Source: a virus (taxonomy: Duplodnaviria > Caudoviricetes). From it: a stretch of 34,620 bases of DNA. The notes under the pieces are model-generated. The model was given only the letters and a program-made list of their open reading frames with translations. It was not told the DNA's origin and did no database searches. The position numbers and the translations under genes were made by a program. This document shows, in pieces, positions 8,757 through 18,524 of this stretch. Every line of letters starts with the position of its first letter. Position 1 is the stretch's first letter. Location: IMG/VR virus record IMGVR_UViG_3300048598_000573, positions 1 to 34,620 of that record, one strand, 5' to 3'.

Positions 8757-9290
8757 TTAATCGAGCGTGCGCTTCCACGCGTATCCAAATTTCTGATCGA
8801 ACGCCTTTGAGCCATCCTGCGAGTAGAGCCGGATATCGAGGTCGATCCCGTCGCGCTGTTCGCGGATCGTCGCGACCACTTCCATCCGCGCGACGACCTC
8901 ATTCTTCAAAAGGTGTTCGAGCGACTGACGCGCGTAGTCCTCGTGCCGGCGCCTGACTTCTTCCGTGAGAGGTGAGCGCCTGAGGGTCCACAAGAGCGAC
9001 CCAAGCTCGACCTCACCCTCATCTGTCCGGATGTCCACGACGTTCCCGAACCATCCGCGACGGTCCGCCCCACCCGTGAGCTGATCGAGCTGGAGATCAG
9101 CGGGCGCCCGCGCGTCCGTGAACAGGCTCAACAGGACCGCCGTGTACAGCTCTGATTGAGAGCTATCGAGCTGACCGCCATCCATTCGCCAGTCCCACTG
9201 CTGTTCGAGGTCATCGACCTCCGCGAACGTGCCCCAATGCAGGTACGGCTCAGGCTGGAATTCTTCCTCTGATCGGAATCTGAACGTCAT
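8757..9290 (-). CDS. Baseplate protein, Mu gp46-like
   Basis: LYTAVLLSLFTDARA, DRRGWFG and LGSLLWTLRR motifs. Confidence 0.9.
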   Translation of the reverse strand: MTFRFRSEEEFQPEPYLHWGTFAEVDDLEQQWDWRMDGGQLDSSQSELYTAVLLSLFTDARAPADLQLDQLTGGADRRGWFGNVVDIRTDEGEVELGSLLWTLRRSPLTEEVRRRHEDYARQSLEHLLKNEVVARMEVVATIREQRDGIDLDIRLYSQDGSKAFDQKFGYAWKRTLD

Positions 9291-9799
9291 ACTGCGGTTA
9301 CCTTTCCGGCTGTGCTGGAGCCTCCACCGACCTCAACCGGCTGTCCGCCCTCACCGCCTAGCGCGGTCTGACCGTCCATCAGGATGTTGCTCGCCTTGAT
9401 CGTCGCGGCGCCGCTGCTCTGGACGTTGAATGAGGTGCACTCGATCGAGATCGAGCCGGCGACCATGCGGATGTTCTTCTGGACGATCGAGATGACCCCA
9501 CCCGACGCGTCATAAAGCGCCACGGAACCCGGCTGCATGTTTCGCGGACGGTGCTGAGGGTGCTCATAGCCAAGCAAAAAGGACTGATCGCGGTTGCCGT
9601 GAGGCGAGAAGATCAGACCCACGGACCCCACCGGGGGGACGCTCGATAGACCGAAGGACTGGATACGCTGCGGCTGCTGCTGTTGCCCACCAATGCGCTC
9701 ACCCGCGAAGCCGTCCACGGTCGCGCGCTGGAGACCCTGATCGTCCGCGACGCTGACGATCTCGCCTCTGCTGATAATGCTGTTCCCAAAATCGCTCAT
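9287..9799 (-). CDS. Baseplate spike, Mu gp45-like
   Basis: Start moved to MSDFGN (9799), just after the hub stop. RIQSFGLSSVPPVG and HRPRNMQPGSVALYD motifs. Confidence 0.88.
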   Translation of the reverse strand: MSDFGNSIISRGEIVSVADDQGLQRATVDGFAGERIGGQQQQPQRIQSFGLSSVPPVGSVGLIFSPHGNRDQSFLLGYEHPQHRPRNMQPGSVALYDASGGVISIVQKNIRMVAGSISIECTSFNVQSSGAATIKASNILMDGQTALGGEGGQPVEVGGGSSTAGKVTAV

Positions 9800-9800
9800 G

Positions 9801-10940
9801 TCAGTACACCCCCGGCGTGCCCATGGGGGTCTCACCAGCTGGCGCCGCTGGAGCGGGCGCCGCTGGCGTGGATGACGTTGCGGCTGGCGTCGAATGAGCC
9901 GCATCGGAGCTGCTTCGCCCCTTCTTCTTCCCACCAAGCGCAGCCGGATCGACCAGCTCCAGCGCACAGGTCGTGCCGCCGTCCGCTGACTGCGTGTACG
10001 TGACGCTCTTGATCGCCATGTTCTGATCGATCTTCAGGAAGCTCGACTTCACATAGACTTGTTTCTTTGGCTCCCAGAGTTGGCCTTTATCGTTGCGCCA
10101 TCCGACGACCGTGATCTGCGAAGTCGTGCCCTCGCCTGCCCTTCGGCTGGCGTCCCACCGTGCCCGGCGCCTCAGCTGCTCATCCGTGGCGTCGCGCTCG
10201 TTCACGATGATGATCGTGCGTCCCGCGTTGCCGGTGAATGTGGGATCGGTGACGGTGGCCTCTTGCCGCTGCTGACGCCCGGTCGTGGAATTCGCGTTCT
10301 GACCCCGGACGGTCGTGGTGCGCGCGCGCTTCTTAGCTGAGAGCTTCGATTTGCCCTCCAAGATGTTCACGCCTTGGACGAGCTGACCCATCACGTCGTC
10401 GCGTGCGCGACCGATCTCGACCGACCCGTCCGGCATGCCCGTAAGCATCAGCTGATTGTCTCGCGTCAGACGCTCGACCGCGTTGTGGATGGTCTCGCCC
10501 GGACGGAGCTGGAAATGGCTGATCCGTCCCGCTTGTTCCGTGAGCCGGTAGCGGACCCCCACTTGCTGACCAAGCTCATTCGCGATCTGATCGATCGTCT
10601 TGTTCTCGAACCGACCGGTGCGGTGATTGGCGCTGGAGTCCACCGTGTGCGCTGACTTTGAGCGACCGGCGACCTTGATCTTGTGCGTGGTGCCAGAGAA
10701 CGACGGCTCATAGTCGTCGATAACGCCCTTCAGCAGCAGATCGGAGCCCGCATAAATCTCGCATTCTGTGCCGGGCTTGCAGACCCATTCGGCATTCATG
10801 AGTCCGATCGCGCCCTCCGCCACATCCAAAGTGAACGAGCGCGCAGACTCAGTGCTGGAGGCGGTCACCTCGACCGATTTCCAATCCCGGAACGTCTTCC
10901 CGCCGACGATGAGCCGGACATTTTCTTGAACTTTCGGCAT
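9801..10940 (-). CDS. Baseplate hub, Mu gp44 (P)-like
   Basis: GGKTFRDWKSVEV..ARSFTL, GRSKSAHTVDSSA, FQLRPGETI, VVGWR..GQLWEP motifs. Confidence 0.9.
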   Translation of the reverse strand: MPKVQENVRLIVGGKTFRDWKSVEVTASSTESARSFTLDVAEGAIGLMNAEWVCKPGTECEIYAGSDLLLKGVIDDYEPSFSGTTHKIKVAGRSKSAHTVDSSANHRTGRFENKTIDQIANELGQQVGVRYRLTEQAGRISHFQLRPGETIHNAVERLTRDNQLMLTGMPDGSVEIGRARDDVMGQLVQGVNILEGKSKLSAKKRARTTTVRGQNANSTTGRQQRQEATVTDPTFTGNAGRTIIIVNERDATDEQLRRRARWDASRRAGEGTTSQITVVGWRNDKGQLWEPKKQVYVKSSFLKIDQNMAIKSVTYTQSADGGTTCALELVDPAALGGKKKGRSSSDAAHSTPAATSSTPAAPAPAAPAGETPMGTPGVY

Positions 10941-10994
10941 TCAACAGAACCTTTTCGCTTCAGCGGGAAGGCTCTGCGGCTCTTTCGCTGCGTC

Positions 10995-11000
10995 TATTTA
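10995..11000 (-). promoter_or_regulatory. TAAATA box overlapping the stop of the gp43-like gene
   Basis: ctcTAAATAgac, 54 nt upstream of hub ATG 10940. Confidence 0.6.
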
Positions 11001-12374
11001 GAGTTTGCGGGCTTCAAAGCGCGTAGGCATGCGGTCCGGTGCTTGGATCGTATTGAGCGCGACCAGCTCGCGGGCACGATTGGGGTTCTCGTACAGCTGA
11101 TAAGCCCAATGCAGGACCGGAAGGGACTCCTGAGCCTCGATCGTCCCGATGGGCGCGAGGCTGATGTTCCTTTGGCTGACGTAGTCGCTGACGAGCCCCT
11201 GAACCTCGCGGATAGCCTCCGCGTGATCCGGGTCATCGACCTCCGCGAGCAGTTCATCGAACCGCTCCGCCATGTCCGCGCGGACCCTGATCCCATCGCG
11301 TCGCGTATCGAGCTGCATGTCCGCGACCGCGATCGCCGCAGCCGTCAGAACAGCCGTTCGGAAGACGCTGGAGAACTGACGAAGGGTCCGATCCTCGCGC
11401 AGCGCTGAGGGTGCGCGGCGGGTCTGAATTCGAGCCTTCTCGAACGATGGAAGTGCATCGACCTCCGCATCCGTCAGCGCCAGCCATGGGGGCGAAACGT
11501 GCGCGAGATCGTCGAAAGCCATGAGGAATTCACGGTACGCGTCATCGGAAGACGCAGCGTGATCCGCGATCGTCCCGGCGATGAAGAAGGCGCGATCCAC
11601 GAGCCCGGTCCCATCCGAGACAGCGGCGCTCGTCAACGGTTCAGCCGCACGCGTAACCCCATCGTCACCCGACCGGACCAGTGCGCCGATCGCGGTCGAG
11701 AGGTCGAGCGCAGCCTGCCCGCGAGGCGCGAGGACCGGATCGACTGACGCGTTATCCGTGGCGATCGTGACGCGATCGACGGTGCGTTGCATGACGGCTG
11801 CAAAGGTCGTGACGGATGCGACCGTGGCGGTGCTCGTCCTCATGGCTCCGGGCACAGCTGCGAACCGCTGGAGCGCCAAGGTCGTCGCGAGTTGAACGAC
11901 CCCACCGATCGTGCGGAGCTGATTGGCGAGCGCCTGAACCTGAACCGGGATGAATGGGACGTAAGAGCTGGTCAGAAGCGGTAAGCCGATTCCGAAGGCT
12001 GAATTAAAGTCCTGAACGAACTTAAGGCTCAGCTCGACATAACCCATCCGGTCTTTGCTGAAGCTGTAGCTAACCTCTTCGCAGAAGACCAAGACGGGAT
12101 CGCTGATCGGGAGCGTCAGGGTTCCTGAGGTCGATTGCTGGCACGCCTGATAGAAGGCTGAGGTGAGAAAATCCGCCATATCGCCCGCGAAATAGCCCTT
12201 CACGCTGAACTTCGGGGTCTTCGCGCCAAGGTGTTCCGTGATGGACTCGTCCCGGTTCGCGAACTCATGCGTCACAAGTCGCCCACCACCCTCATGATCA
12301 TAGGAATCGACATAGAACTGTTGCCCTTTATAGGACGCGAGCCTCAGCGTCTGGGTCCAATCACGACAGTTCAT
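10998..12374 (-). CDS. Mu gp43 (N)-like DNA circularization / tube initiator protein
   Basis: N-terminal LRLASYKGQQFYV..GGRLVTHEF; C-terminal LPVLHWAYQLYENPNRARELVALN. Confidence 0.9.
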   Translation of the reverse strand: MNCRDWTQTLRLASYKGQQFYVDSYDHEGGGRLVTHEFANRDESITEHLGAKTPKFSVKGYFAGDMADFLTSAFYQACQQSTSGTLTLPISDPVLVFCEEVSYSFSKDRMGYVELSLKFVQDFNSAFGIGLPLLTSSYVPFIPVQVQALANQLRTIGGVVQLATTLALQRFAAVPGAMRTSTATVASVTTFAAVMQRTVDRVTIATDNASVDPVLAPRGQAALDLSTAIGALVRSGDDGVTRAAEPLTSAAVSDGTGLVDRAFFIAGTIADHAASSDDAYREFLMAFDDLAHVSPPWLALTDAEVDALPSFEKARIQTRRAPSALREDRTLRQFSSVFRTAVLTAAAIAVADMQLDTRRDGIRVRADMAERFDELLAEVDDPDHAEAIREVQGLVSDYVSQRNISLAPIGTIEAQESLPVLHWAYQLYENPNRARELVALNTIQAPDRMPTRFEARKL

Positions 12375-14956
12375 TGCACGCCTCCAGTCCCACCGCCGCC
12401 ACTGACGGTCGCGCCCCCATAAGTCTGCGAGCCGGTCCCGCCCCGGTTGTCCGCGATCGCATGCTGAATCTGACGTTGCACCTCCGCGCGGAGGAATGCG
12501 GGATCGTGCTGTACGCGGACGTTGATCGTGCCTGACATGTTGTGCTGCGTCGTCACCTCAGCCTTTGCGGGCTCCCCCTGCGCGGAGGTCGCGCGGAAGC
12601 GCCACGCGTTCGAGGCGTCCGGCGTCACACCAAGCGGTGCGCTAGGCATGGGGCCTTCCTCCGCTGGCGCGAGTGGCGCCGCCGTGGGTCCGAACCGGTT
12701 CCACGGCTGGCGCGGATCGGCGCCCGGCGTGGGGGTCCTGCGCATCATCGAATTTGCGCCCGTCAGACCGTCCACGACTCCGCGCCGAAGGGTCTCCTGT
12801 AGGTTCTTGTAGGCGGTCGATGAGGGATCGACCGCTGCGATCCGGGGGTCCACGAGACCACGAGCCGCGAGCGCGCGATCGGTCGCGCGACCGCCATTCT
12901 GCTGAGCCTTTTTGAACTGGTCCATCGTCTGCGCTGAGTTCTCGAATGGATTCCAGATCGTGCGCGGATCGAACTGATTGCGGATCGCGTCACTTGCCGC
13001 GTCCGCGCTTTGCTCGAACGCCCGATTTCTCAGGCCCGGCATCTGAACGAGCATGTCCCGGACCTTGCCGAGATCGATCAAGTAGTCCCGAAGGGCTGAG
13101 TTGCCGGGATTGGCATTCATCAGGTCGTTCATTTTGGCTTGCAGCTGCGTGACCTGATCGAGCGTGCCCTGAAGGTCCCCGTTCTGACTGGAGGACAGCG
13201 CAGAGGCGAGCTGACGCTGCACGTCCAGCCGGGTTCGTGGGTTGAACATGCCCGCAAGGCGTCCGCCCAAGCCCACCGCATCCCAGATCGAGCCGGTTCC
13301 AACGTCACGCTGGAGCCGGGAGACCATCTCGCGGACCTCCGCTTGCTGGCGTTCCACGAGCTTTCGAGCAGCCTCTTCCTGCGCGTGGTTCGCGCCGACC
13401 GGGCGCCCCTGCGCGTCCCGCTGCGGAGGCCCGTAGGCGCCATTCTCGCCAAGCACGAAGCCAAGAGCCTTCGCCCTCTCGATCGCCCCGTCCCAGATCG
13501 ACTGATCCGACCTGAGCCGGTTCGAAAGAGTGCTCCAGATGTCCGCCAAGGCGTAAGCACCAACTGCGGCTGCACCGCCATAGCCAAACAATCTGAGAAC
13601 GCCTGCGAAGCGGCTAGCTGCGGCGGTCGCGGTTGCGATCTCAGCGCCGAACTTCGTCGCTCCACCGGCTGCGGCTGCGAGCCCTGCCCCGCCAAGCAAG
13701 AAACCCACTGCCCCCTTAAGAGCTGCAAATGCAGCCACGAGTCCAAGGACCGCAGCGCCAGCCGTGATGACGGTTGCCTCGAACGACCCTAAGGAGTCCG
13801 TGATCGACTTGAACAGCTCACCGACGCGCTGGAGCGCCGCTGAGTTGCTGATCCGGTCGATGACGCTCGTGATCCCGTCCACCACTTTCGTGACGAATGG
13901 CATGATGTGCTCACCGACCCGAAGACCTAACTCTTGCAGGCTGGCCTTCAGCCGGGTCCATCGGGCCTCAAAGGTCCGGACGCGTCGCTCAAAGTCCTGT
14001 TGAACGACCCCATCCGCGCGAGCCGTGGCCTGACGGATGCGACGATATTCGTCGATGTTTTGGATAAGCGCACGGACACCTTGCTGGACCTGCGCGTCGC
14101 CAAAGATATCGCCAAGCTTGCTGAGGTCGCCCTTCAGCGCTTTTTGCGTCTGAGCCACGAGCATTTCGAAGATATCGCCGCCCGCGTCCTGAACCTTCTT
14201 CAGCTCCGCGCGGATGTCGATTCCGAGCTTTTTGAATTTTTCGGTGACCTCCGGAGAAATTATTTTCTGAAGGACGTTCTCCATATTGGTCGCGGCTGAG
14301 CTGGCGTCGCCGGTCCCCTTCCGCATGATCTGGAGCGCTGAAGTGATGCGCGAAACAGCGGTCTCACCGGTCATCCCAAGGGCGCGAGCCTGAGCCGCGA
14401 TCGCGGGCAAGTGCTTCGCCATATCGCTAAGTTCAAAGTTACCCTCTTTGCCCGCCTGCGACATGATATCGAGCGCGCGCTGCACCCTTTCGGCGGGCAC
14501 CGCGAGCGCGTCGATCATGCTGTAAGTCGCTTTCGAAACGTCAGTGATGTCAGCCATATAGGCTTGTGCCGTGCGCCCGATCGGTTCGAGCACGCGTTCA
14601 GCGGTCGCCGCGTCCAGACCGGCGCCTAGCAGGTAGTCCATGGACTTACCCACGCTCTGCGCATCGCTATTGATGCGAGGCGCGAGATCGCGGATGCGCC
14701 GACCCAGCTGAGCCATGCGCTGGTCGTTCATGTCCGCCTTCTGCGCGATGTCCAAAAGGGTCGTCTCGAACTGCTTCGAAACGTCGATCGCTTGGCGGAT
14801 ACCCTGCGTAAATGAGCTGATCCCGCCGATCGGCAGCGCGATCGCAGCTAGGCCACGAGCTGACGCCATGAGGCCCTGCATCGACCGACCCACGCGATGG
14901 AACACGTGGGACGCCCGGTCATGCGCGCGAATAGTAACTGCTGCCTGCAAACTCAT
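12371..14956 (-). CDS. Tail tape measure protein
   Basis: 861 aa, helical and Ala-rich; TP901-family core (LDIMSQAGKEGNFELSDMA); hydrophobic middle segment. Confidence 0.92.
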   Translation of the reverse strand: MSLQAAVTIRAHDRASHVFHRVGRSMQGLMASARGLAAIALPIGGISSFTQGIRQAIDVSKQFETTLLDIAQKADMNDQRMAQLGRRIRDLAPRINSDAQSVGKSMDYLLGAGLDAATAERVLEPIGRTAQAYMADITDVSKATYSMIDALAVPAERVQRALDIMSQAGKEGNFELSDMAKHLPAIAAQARALGMTGETAVSRITSALQIMRKGTGDASSAATNMENVLQKIISPEVTEKFKKLGIDIRAELKKVQDAGGDIFEMLVAQTQKALKGDLSKLGDIFGDAQVQQGVRALIQNIDEYRRIRQATARADGVVQQDFERRVRTFEARWTRLKASLQELGLRVGEHIMPFVTKVVDGITSVIDRISNSAALQRVGELFKSITDSLGSFEATVITAGAAVLGLVAAFAALKGAVGFLLGGAGLAAAAGGATKFGAEIATATAAASRFAGVLRLFGYGGAAAVGAYALADIWSTLSNRLRSDQSIWDGAIERAKALGFVLGENGAYGPPQRDAQGRPVGANHAQEEAARKLVERQQAEVREMVSRLQRDVGTGSIWDAVGLGGRLAGMFNPRTRLDVQRQLASALSSSQNGDLQGTLDQVTQLQAKMNDLMNANPGNSALRDYLIDLGKVRDMLVQMPGLRNRAFEQSADAASDAIRNQFDPRTIWNPFENSAQTMDQFKKAQQNGGRATDRALAARGLVDPRIAAVDPSSTAYKNLQETLRRGVVDGLTGANSMMRRTPTPGADPRQPWNRFGPTAAPLAPAEEGPMPSAPLGVTPDASNAWRFRATSAQGEPAKAEVTTQHNMSGTINVRVQHDPAFLRAEVQRQIQHAIADNRGGTGSQTYGGATVSGGGGTGGVQ

Positions 14957-15090
14957 GCGCTATTCTTAGCCTTCCAATACCTCGCGGCGCGGTAATAGAT
15001 CGAGATGATCTCGCTGATCGTGAGCGTCCTCAGCTCCGTGAGGGATAGGATGCGCTCGAACAGCAATGTATTTACCGCGCCGTCGATCAA
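14953..15090 (-). CDS. Tail assembly chaperone extension (gpE'/gpT-like), not in the ORF track
   Basis: The -1 frame after GAC CCT TCT TGA reads (PF)LIDGAVNTLLFERILSLTELRTLTISEIISIYYRAARYWKAKNSA*. Its stop overlaps the tape measure ATG (ATGA). Confidence 0.7.
   Translation of the reverse strand: MIDGAVNTLLFERILSLTELRTLTISEIISIYYRAARYWKAKNSA
15069..15074 (-). promoter_or_regulatory. TAAATA box upstream of tape measure gene
   Basis: cggTAAATAcat inside the chaperone extension, 112 nt upstream of ATG 14956. Confidence 0.55.
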
Positions 15091-15422
15091 GAAGGGTCGT
15101 CGGACATCACGACCGCGACCGCCATCTGCCCCGCGAGCATCAGGTCCTTCGGGCGCATTTGCTTCATGCCGGTCTCGTCAATGCCAGTCAGAAGCGTCAC
15201 GTACTTGAGCGCAACCTTCTCATTGACGTTCGGCTTGGCGTTACCGTCCGCGTCGAATTCGTACGTCACAGGCGACCCAAGCTGGAGATAGTCGGCTCCC
15301 GTGGCCTCGCGGAACTTCAGCTGACGGACCTCCCCGTCGATCGTCATGATCGGCTTGGCGAGCGTCAGTACGTTATCATTGATCTCTTCGGCGGGCTTAG
15401 CCGTGGGCTTATTGCTGGACAT
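15087..15422 (-). CDS. Tail assembly chaperone (Mu gp41 / P2 E-like)
   Basis: LTLAKPIMTIDGEVRQLKFREATGAD..LTGI....MKQMRPKDL; lies between tube and tape measure. Confidence 0.88.
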   Translation of the reverse strand: MSSNKPTAKPAEEINDNVLTLAKPIMTIDGEVRQLKFREATGADYLQLGSPVTYEFDADGNAKPNVNEKVALKYVTLLTGIDETGMKQMRPKDLMLAGQMAVAVVMSDDPS

Positions 15423-15492
15423 CGCTTTTCCTTTTCGAATGTTGAAATTCGCGAAGGGTTGCGGACGCGATGCTCGACCTCTTGCTCTGATC

Positions 15493-15498
15493 TATTTA
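15493..15498 (-). promoter_or_regulatory. TAAATA box upstream of chaperone
   Basis: cagTAAATAgat, just downstream of the tube terminator. Confidence 0.65.
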
Positions 15499-15523
15499 CT
15501 GACGATCCATCGCTCAGACATGC

Positions 15524-15549
15524 AAAAAGGCCCGGATCGCTCCGGGCCT
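15524..15549 (-). terminator. Intrinsic terminator after tail tube gene
   Basis: AGGCCCGGA-gcga-TCCGGGCCT followed by a T run on the minus strand. Confidence 0.8.
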
Positions 15550-15576
15550 CATGGTGTTCGTAGCGTTCTGACCTGA

Positions 15577-15966
15577 TCAGTAGCTGATCTGTCTGAAGTT
15601 CGGGCTCGTCCAGCGGAGACCCGAAATCTCACCCGACTCCGAGTTCAACTGCGGAGTTCCGACGATGACAGCGTTCGTGAAGTAAAACTGCTGCTTCGTG
15701 TCGATGAAATCAACGACGACGTTGATCCCCCCGGAGCACTTCAGAAGCTCGCTGACGTTAAGTCCGCAACTGTTGCTCAGGGTAGCTTCAGCCGAGGGGA
15801 CAGCAGCCGCGACAGTCACATAAAGGGACCCGTCGCTATTTGCACCGGACTCCTTCGTGGCGTTCGCCGGGTTGATCGTGACGGCTCCGCGCAGGCTGTA
15901 GCGCTCACCATTCATACTGAAGGTGACGCGGGACCCGCTCGAATAGCAGCAATTAGGATCGCTCAT
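15577..15966 (-). CDS. Tail tube protein (Mu M-like)
   Basis: 129 aa, beta-rich, immediately after sheath; GAAAGGA RBS. Confidence 0.85.
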   Translation of the reverse strand: MSDPNCCYSSGSRVTFSMNGERYSLRGAVTINPANATKESGANSDGSLYVTVAAAVPSAEATLSNSCGLNVSELLKCSGGINVVVDFIDTKQQFYFTNAVIVGTPQLNSESGEISGLRWTSPNFRQISY

Positions 15967-15986
15967 AATGATGTTCCTTTCGAAAA

Positions 15987-17462
15987 TTAGTTAGGCAGCT
16001 GGAGGAACGAGACGATCCGGGTCGCGACAACGTTCAGCTGGTTGACGAAGTCAGCCGGCAGGTAAGCATTGACGCGGGTCGCATCGGTGGGCTCGCGCTC
16101 CACAATGAGAGCGGATTCAAAGCCCTGAATGTTCTCGACCAAGCCCTCTTGGACCAGCTGGAGATACGCGCTCACAATGGTGTTCCGAATGTCGCGCGGG
16201 GTCGCGATACCCTGAATCGCGAACGGATTGTCATCTGCCAATGCCTTGCGCCCATGGTCCGCGACGACTGCCGCACGCATGCGACGGGCGAAGATCATGT
16301 TCTGGTACATCGTGTTGATATCGCTCCACGACTCGTCGAGCAGACCAGCATCGTTGCGCGTGCGGGTCGTCCTGACACGGTCGATCCGGACAACGCCAGA
16401 CCGATCAGCCTTCCATCCGGACATGCCGGCGACGTACAGCGACTGACGCTCAGTCGTGCTCCAGCGATCAGCGATCACGCGAGGCGCGATCACACCCTCA
16501 AGCGGGAGCGTGTGCAGCGGACGGCTAGCCTCAGCCCCAACGGTAGACGTGAGGTGCAGGTTAGCCTTCGCAGCCATGGCAGCAGCCCAGATGTAAGCCG
16601 ACTGCGGAGCCGACTGGACCGCCACGATCGACGTGTGCGGGTCATTGCGCCCGGTCGTGATCTGAGCGGCTAGGTTCGCATCCTTCGCGGTGACGAAGTG
16701 CCCATAGAGCATTTCCATCGGGTGCCAACGGCTCGCGAGGAAGCTCTTTACAGCGTCCAGACCCGTGGAGGTGACGACGGGTGCGGTGATGGTCTCGTAC
16801 TCTTCGTCGCCAAGATAGGCGAGCGCCGCCGACATATCGATCTCACCGGTCGCGGCGGTCGTCTGGAGGTAGCTCAACATGGTGCTCGAAACGTCGGACT
16901 CATCATCGTACAGCTTCGCATTGAAAATGATGGTGTTCGCGGTGCCCTTCAGCTTCGCGGTGAGAACAACAGTGTCCTCTTCGCCAACGCCACCGACCGC
17001 AGCGATCACCGGCAGCGACGGATCGGCGGTGATCTCAGCCGCGATAGCGGTCGCGATCTGCGGCTTGGTCTGCGCGGGGTTCACGACGAGATCGACGCGG
17101 TAGCCGTTCACATAGAACGTCAGAGTCGAGGGAGCCGTGGCGACCTCTTCCACCGTGATCGTACCGACGCAGGCGACGCCAGTCGGCTCAGCGACCGGGA
17201 GAGCCCAAATCTCTGAGAACGGAGCGTTCTTGCGCGCGACCGAAACCATCTCAGACAGGTTCGAGCCGGGACCGAAAAGCGCATCAAGATTGGACCCACT
17301 CGTGATGACCGGCTGATTCAACGTAGCGGAGCCATCTGCGGTCTTGTTGCCGATCACGAGCAGCCTGACATCGTCAGTATAGGACGTGTCCGAGGGACCG
17401 ATCTCAGCGTAAAACAGAGGAACCTTGAGGTTGCCCGGAATTTGGTTGAAGGAAATGCTCAC
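15987..17462 (-). CDS. Contractile tail sheath (Mu L-like)
   Basis: MSISFNQIPGNLKVPLFYAE start, LFGPGSNLSEM, ASRPLHTLPL, RVNAYLPADFVNQL. Confidence 0.95.
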   Translation of the reverse strand: MSISFNQIPGNLKVPLFYAEIGPSDTSYTDDVRLLVIGNKTADGSATLNQPVITSGSNLDALFGPGSNLSEMVSVARKNAPFSEIWALPVAEPTGVACVGTITVEEVATAPSTLTFYVNGYRVDLVVNPAQTKPQIATAIAAEITADPSLPVIAAVGGVGEEDTVVLTAKLKGTANTIIFNAKLYDDESDVSSTMLSYLQTTAATGEIDMSAALAYLGDEEYETITAPVVTSTGLDAVKSFLASRWHPMEMLYGHFVTAKDANLAAQITTGRNDPHTSIVAVQSAPQSAYIWAAAMAAKANLHLTSTVGAEASRPLHTLPLEGVIAPRVIADRWSTTERQSLYVAGMSGWKADRSGVVRIDRVRTTRTRNDAGLLDESWSDINTMYQNMIFARRMRAAVVADHGRKALADDNPFAIQGIATPRDIRNTIVSAYLQLVQEGLVENIQGFESALIVEREPTDATRVNAYLPADFVNQLNVVATRIVSFLQLPN

Positions 17463-17695
17463 TGATCGAACTCCTCAAAAATGGACGTTGAAACGGTCTT
17501 CTTCGCCTTGGTCTTGGGCGCATTGGTGCGCTGGACCGGGGGCGACTGATGAATGGTGATCTCGCCAGCACGTGCCCGGCGAGCCCAGTATTCGGAGTAC
17601 ACCGCCCATTCACCGCCAAGTGGTACGGGTCGGAATTTTTGCTCCGGGTTCAAAACGATCGTGTCGATCGTGGGGATGATGTAGATCATGCTCAT
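17459..17695 (-). CDS. Small pre-sheath protein (Mu gp38/DUF2635-like)
   Basis: VLNPE..RPVPLGGEW..SEYWARRARAGEI; overlaps sheath start. Confidence 0.8.
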   Translation of the reverse strand: MSMIYIIPTIDTIVLNPEQKFRPVPLGGEWAVYSEYWARRARAGEITIHQSPPVQRTNAPKTKAKKTVSTSIFEEFDQ

Positions 17696-17700
17696 GAGTG

Positions 17701-17706
17701 TATTTA
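17701..17706 (-). promoter_or_regulatory. TAAATA box 5 nt before ATG (leaderless)
   Basis: cacTAAATAcactcATG(17695); no SD. Confidence 0.75.
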
Positions 17707-17717
17707 GTGCCGATCGC

Positions 17718-18524
17718 TTATTCTTCGCTCACATGAGATGATTCAAACTCAAGCTCCACGTGACCGTCCGGACCGACCCCATCGGGCGCGAGGTTCGGAT
17801 CGACCAGATCGATCGCATCGACCTGATATCGGACCCGCCAGCTCGACACGGTCGGAAGCGTGATCGACGGGATCGCGCTGGAGGCTGCGATCAGCTCAAG
17901 CGCGTACTGATAGACAGCCGATTCAGGCTCACCGTTCGTGAGGATCGCTTGCGCCACGGTCGCCAAGGGCTGAGGGACCACATAGTCCGTCCCCTCGTGC
18001 GTGATCGTCGCGGAGCCCGGTGGGTCCTCGCAGATTTTCGTCGTGATCTTGAGCAGCCGGTTGGCGGTCTTCGCGCGCCCCGCTTCGGTCGCGAAGCGAA
18101 TGCTATTGAAGCTAGCCGTGGCTCTAGCTTGCGACTGCCACAGCTGAGCCCATTGTCCGTGCCCATGCAGGCAATTACGGACCTGAGCCTGCAAGCGGTC
18201 TAGCGAGGCGTCCATTATGGGGTCGGATTCGACCGTCTGCGCGGTGATCGACCCGTCTTGTTCGATGAAGCTAGAGACGGCTAGCTCGATCTCTAAGTCC
18301 ACGCTGACATCGAAGGGCCATCCCCGCGACGGACCGGACGCGTCGCCGCTGATTTCACCCGTGCTGACGATCACGGTCGCCAAGCGGTCCTCTTTCGTGA
18401 GATCGCTGAACGGGTCCAACCGGCTATCGAAGATGAGATCGCCCGCAAGGGTTGGCAGAGGGTTATGACCCCCGTTGGTGAGCGCCGCGATCGTCGCGAG
18501 GCGTAGAGCGGTGGCGCCAATCAT
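17718..18524 (-). CDS. Putative tail terminator/completion protein
   Basis: 268 aa between head-tail joining gene and sheath; LPTLAGDLIFDSRLDP N-terminus. Confidence 0.65.
   Translation of the reverse strand: MIGATALRLATIAALTNGGHNPLPTLAGDLIFDSRLDPFSDLTKEDRLATVIVSTGEISGDASGPSRGWPFDVSVDLEIELAVSSFIEQDGSITAQTVESDPIMDASLDRLQAQVRNCLHGHGQWAQLWQSQARATASFNSIRFATEAGRAKTANRLLKITTKICEDPPGSATITHEGTDYVVPQPLATVAQAILTNGEPESAVYQYALELIAASSAIPSITLPTVSSWRVRYQVDAIDLVDPNLAPDGVGPDGHVELEFESSHVSEE

Noticed and set aside
9800-9967. ORF-track N-terminal extensions (also 18911-18973, 27027-27101, 28181-28363, 28685-28843, 29568-29780)
   Set aside because: They overlap neighbouring genes, terminators or promoter boxes; internal ATGs fit better.
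6876-17462. Tailocin, eCIS or gene transfer agent
   Set aside because: A complete head and packaging module is present, and the lambda-type portal/GpA with contractile tail does not match RcGTA organisation.
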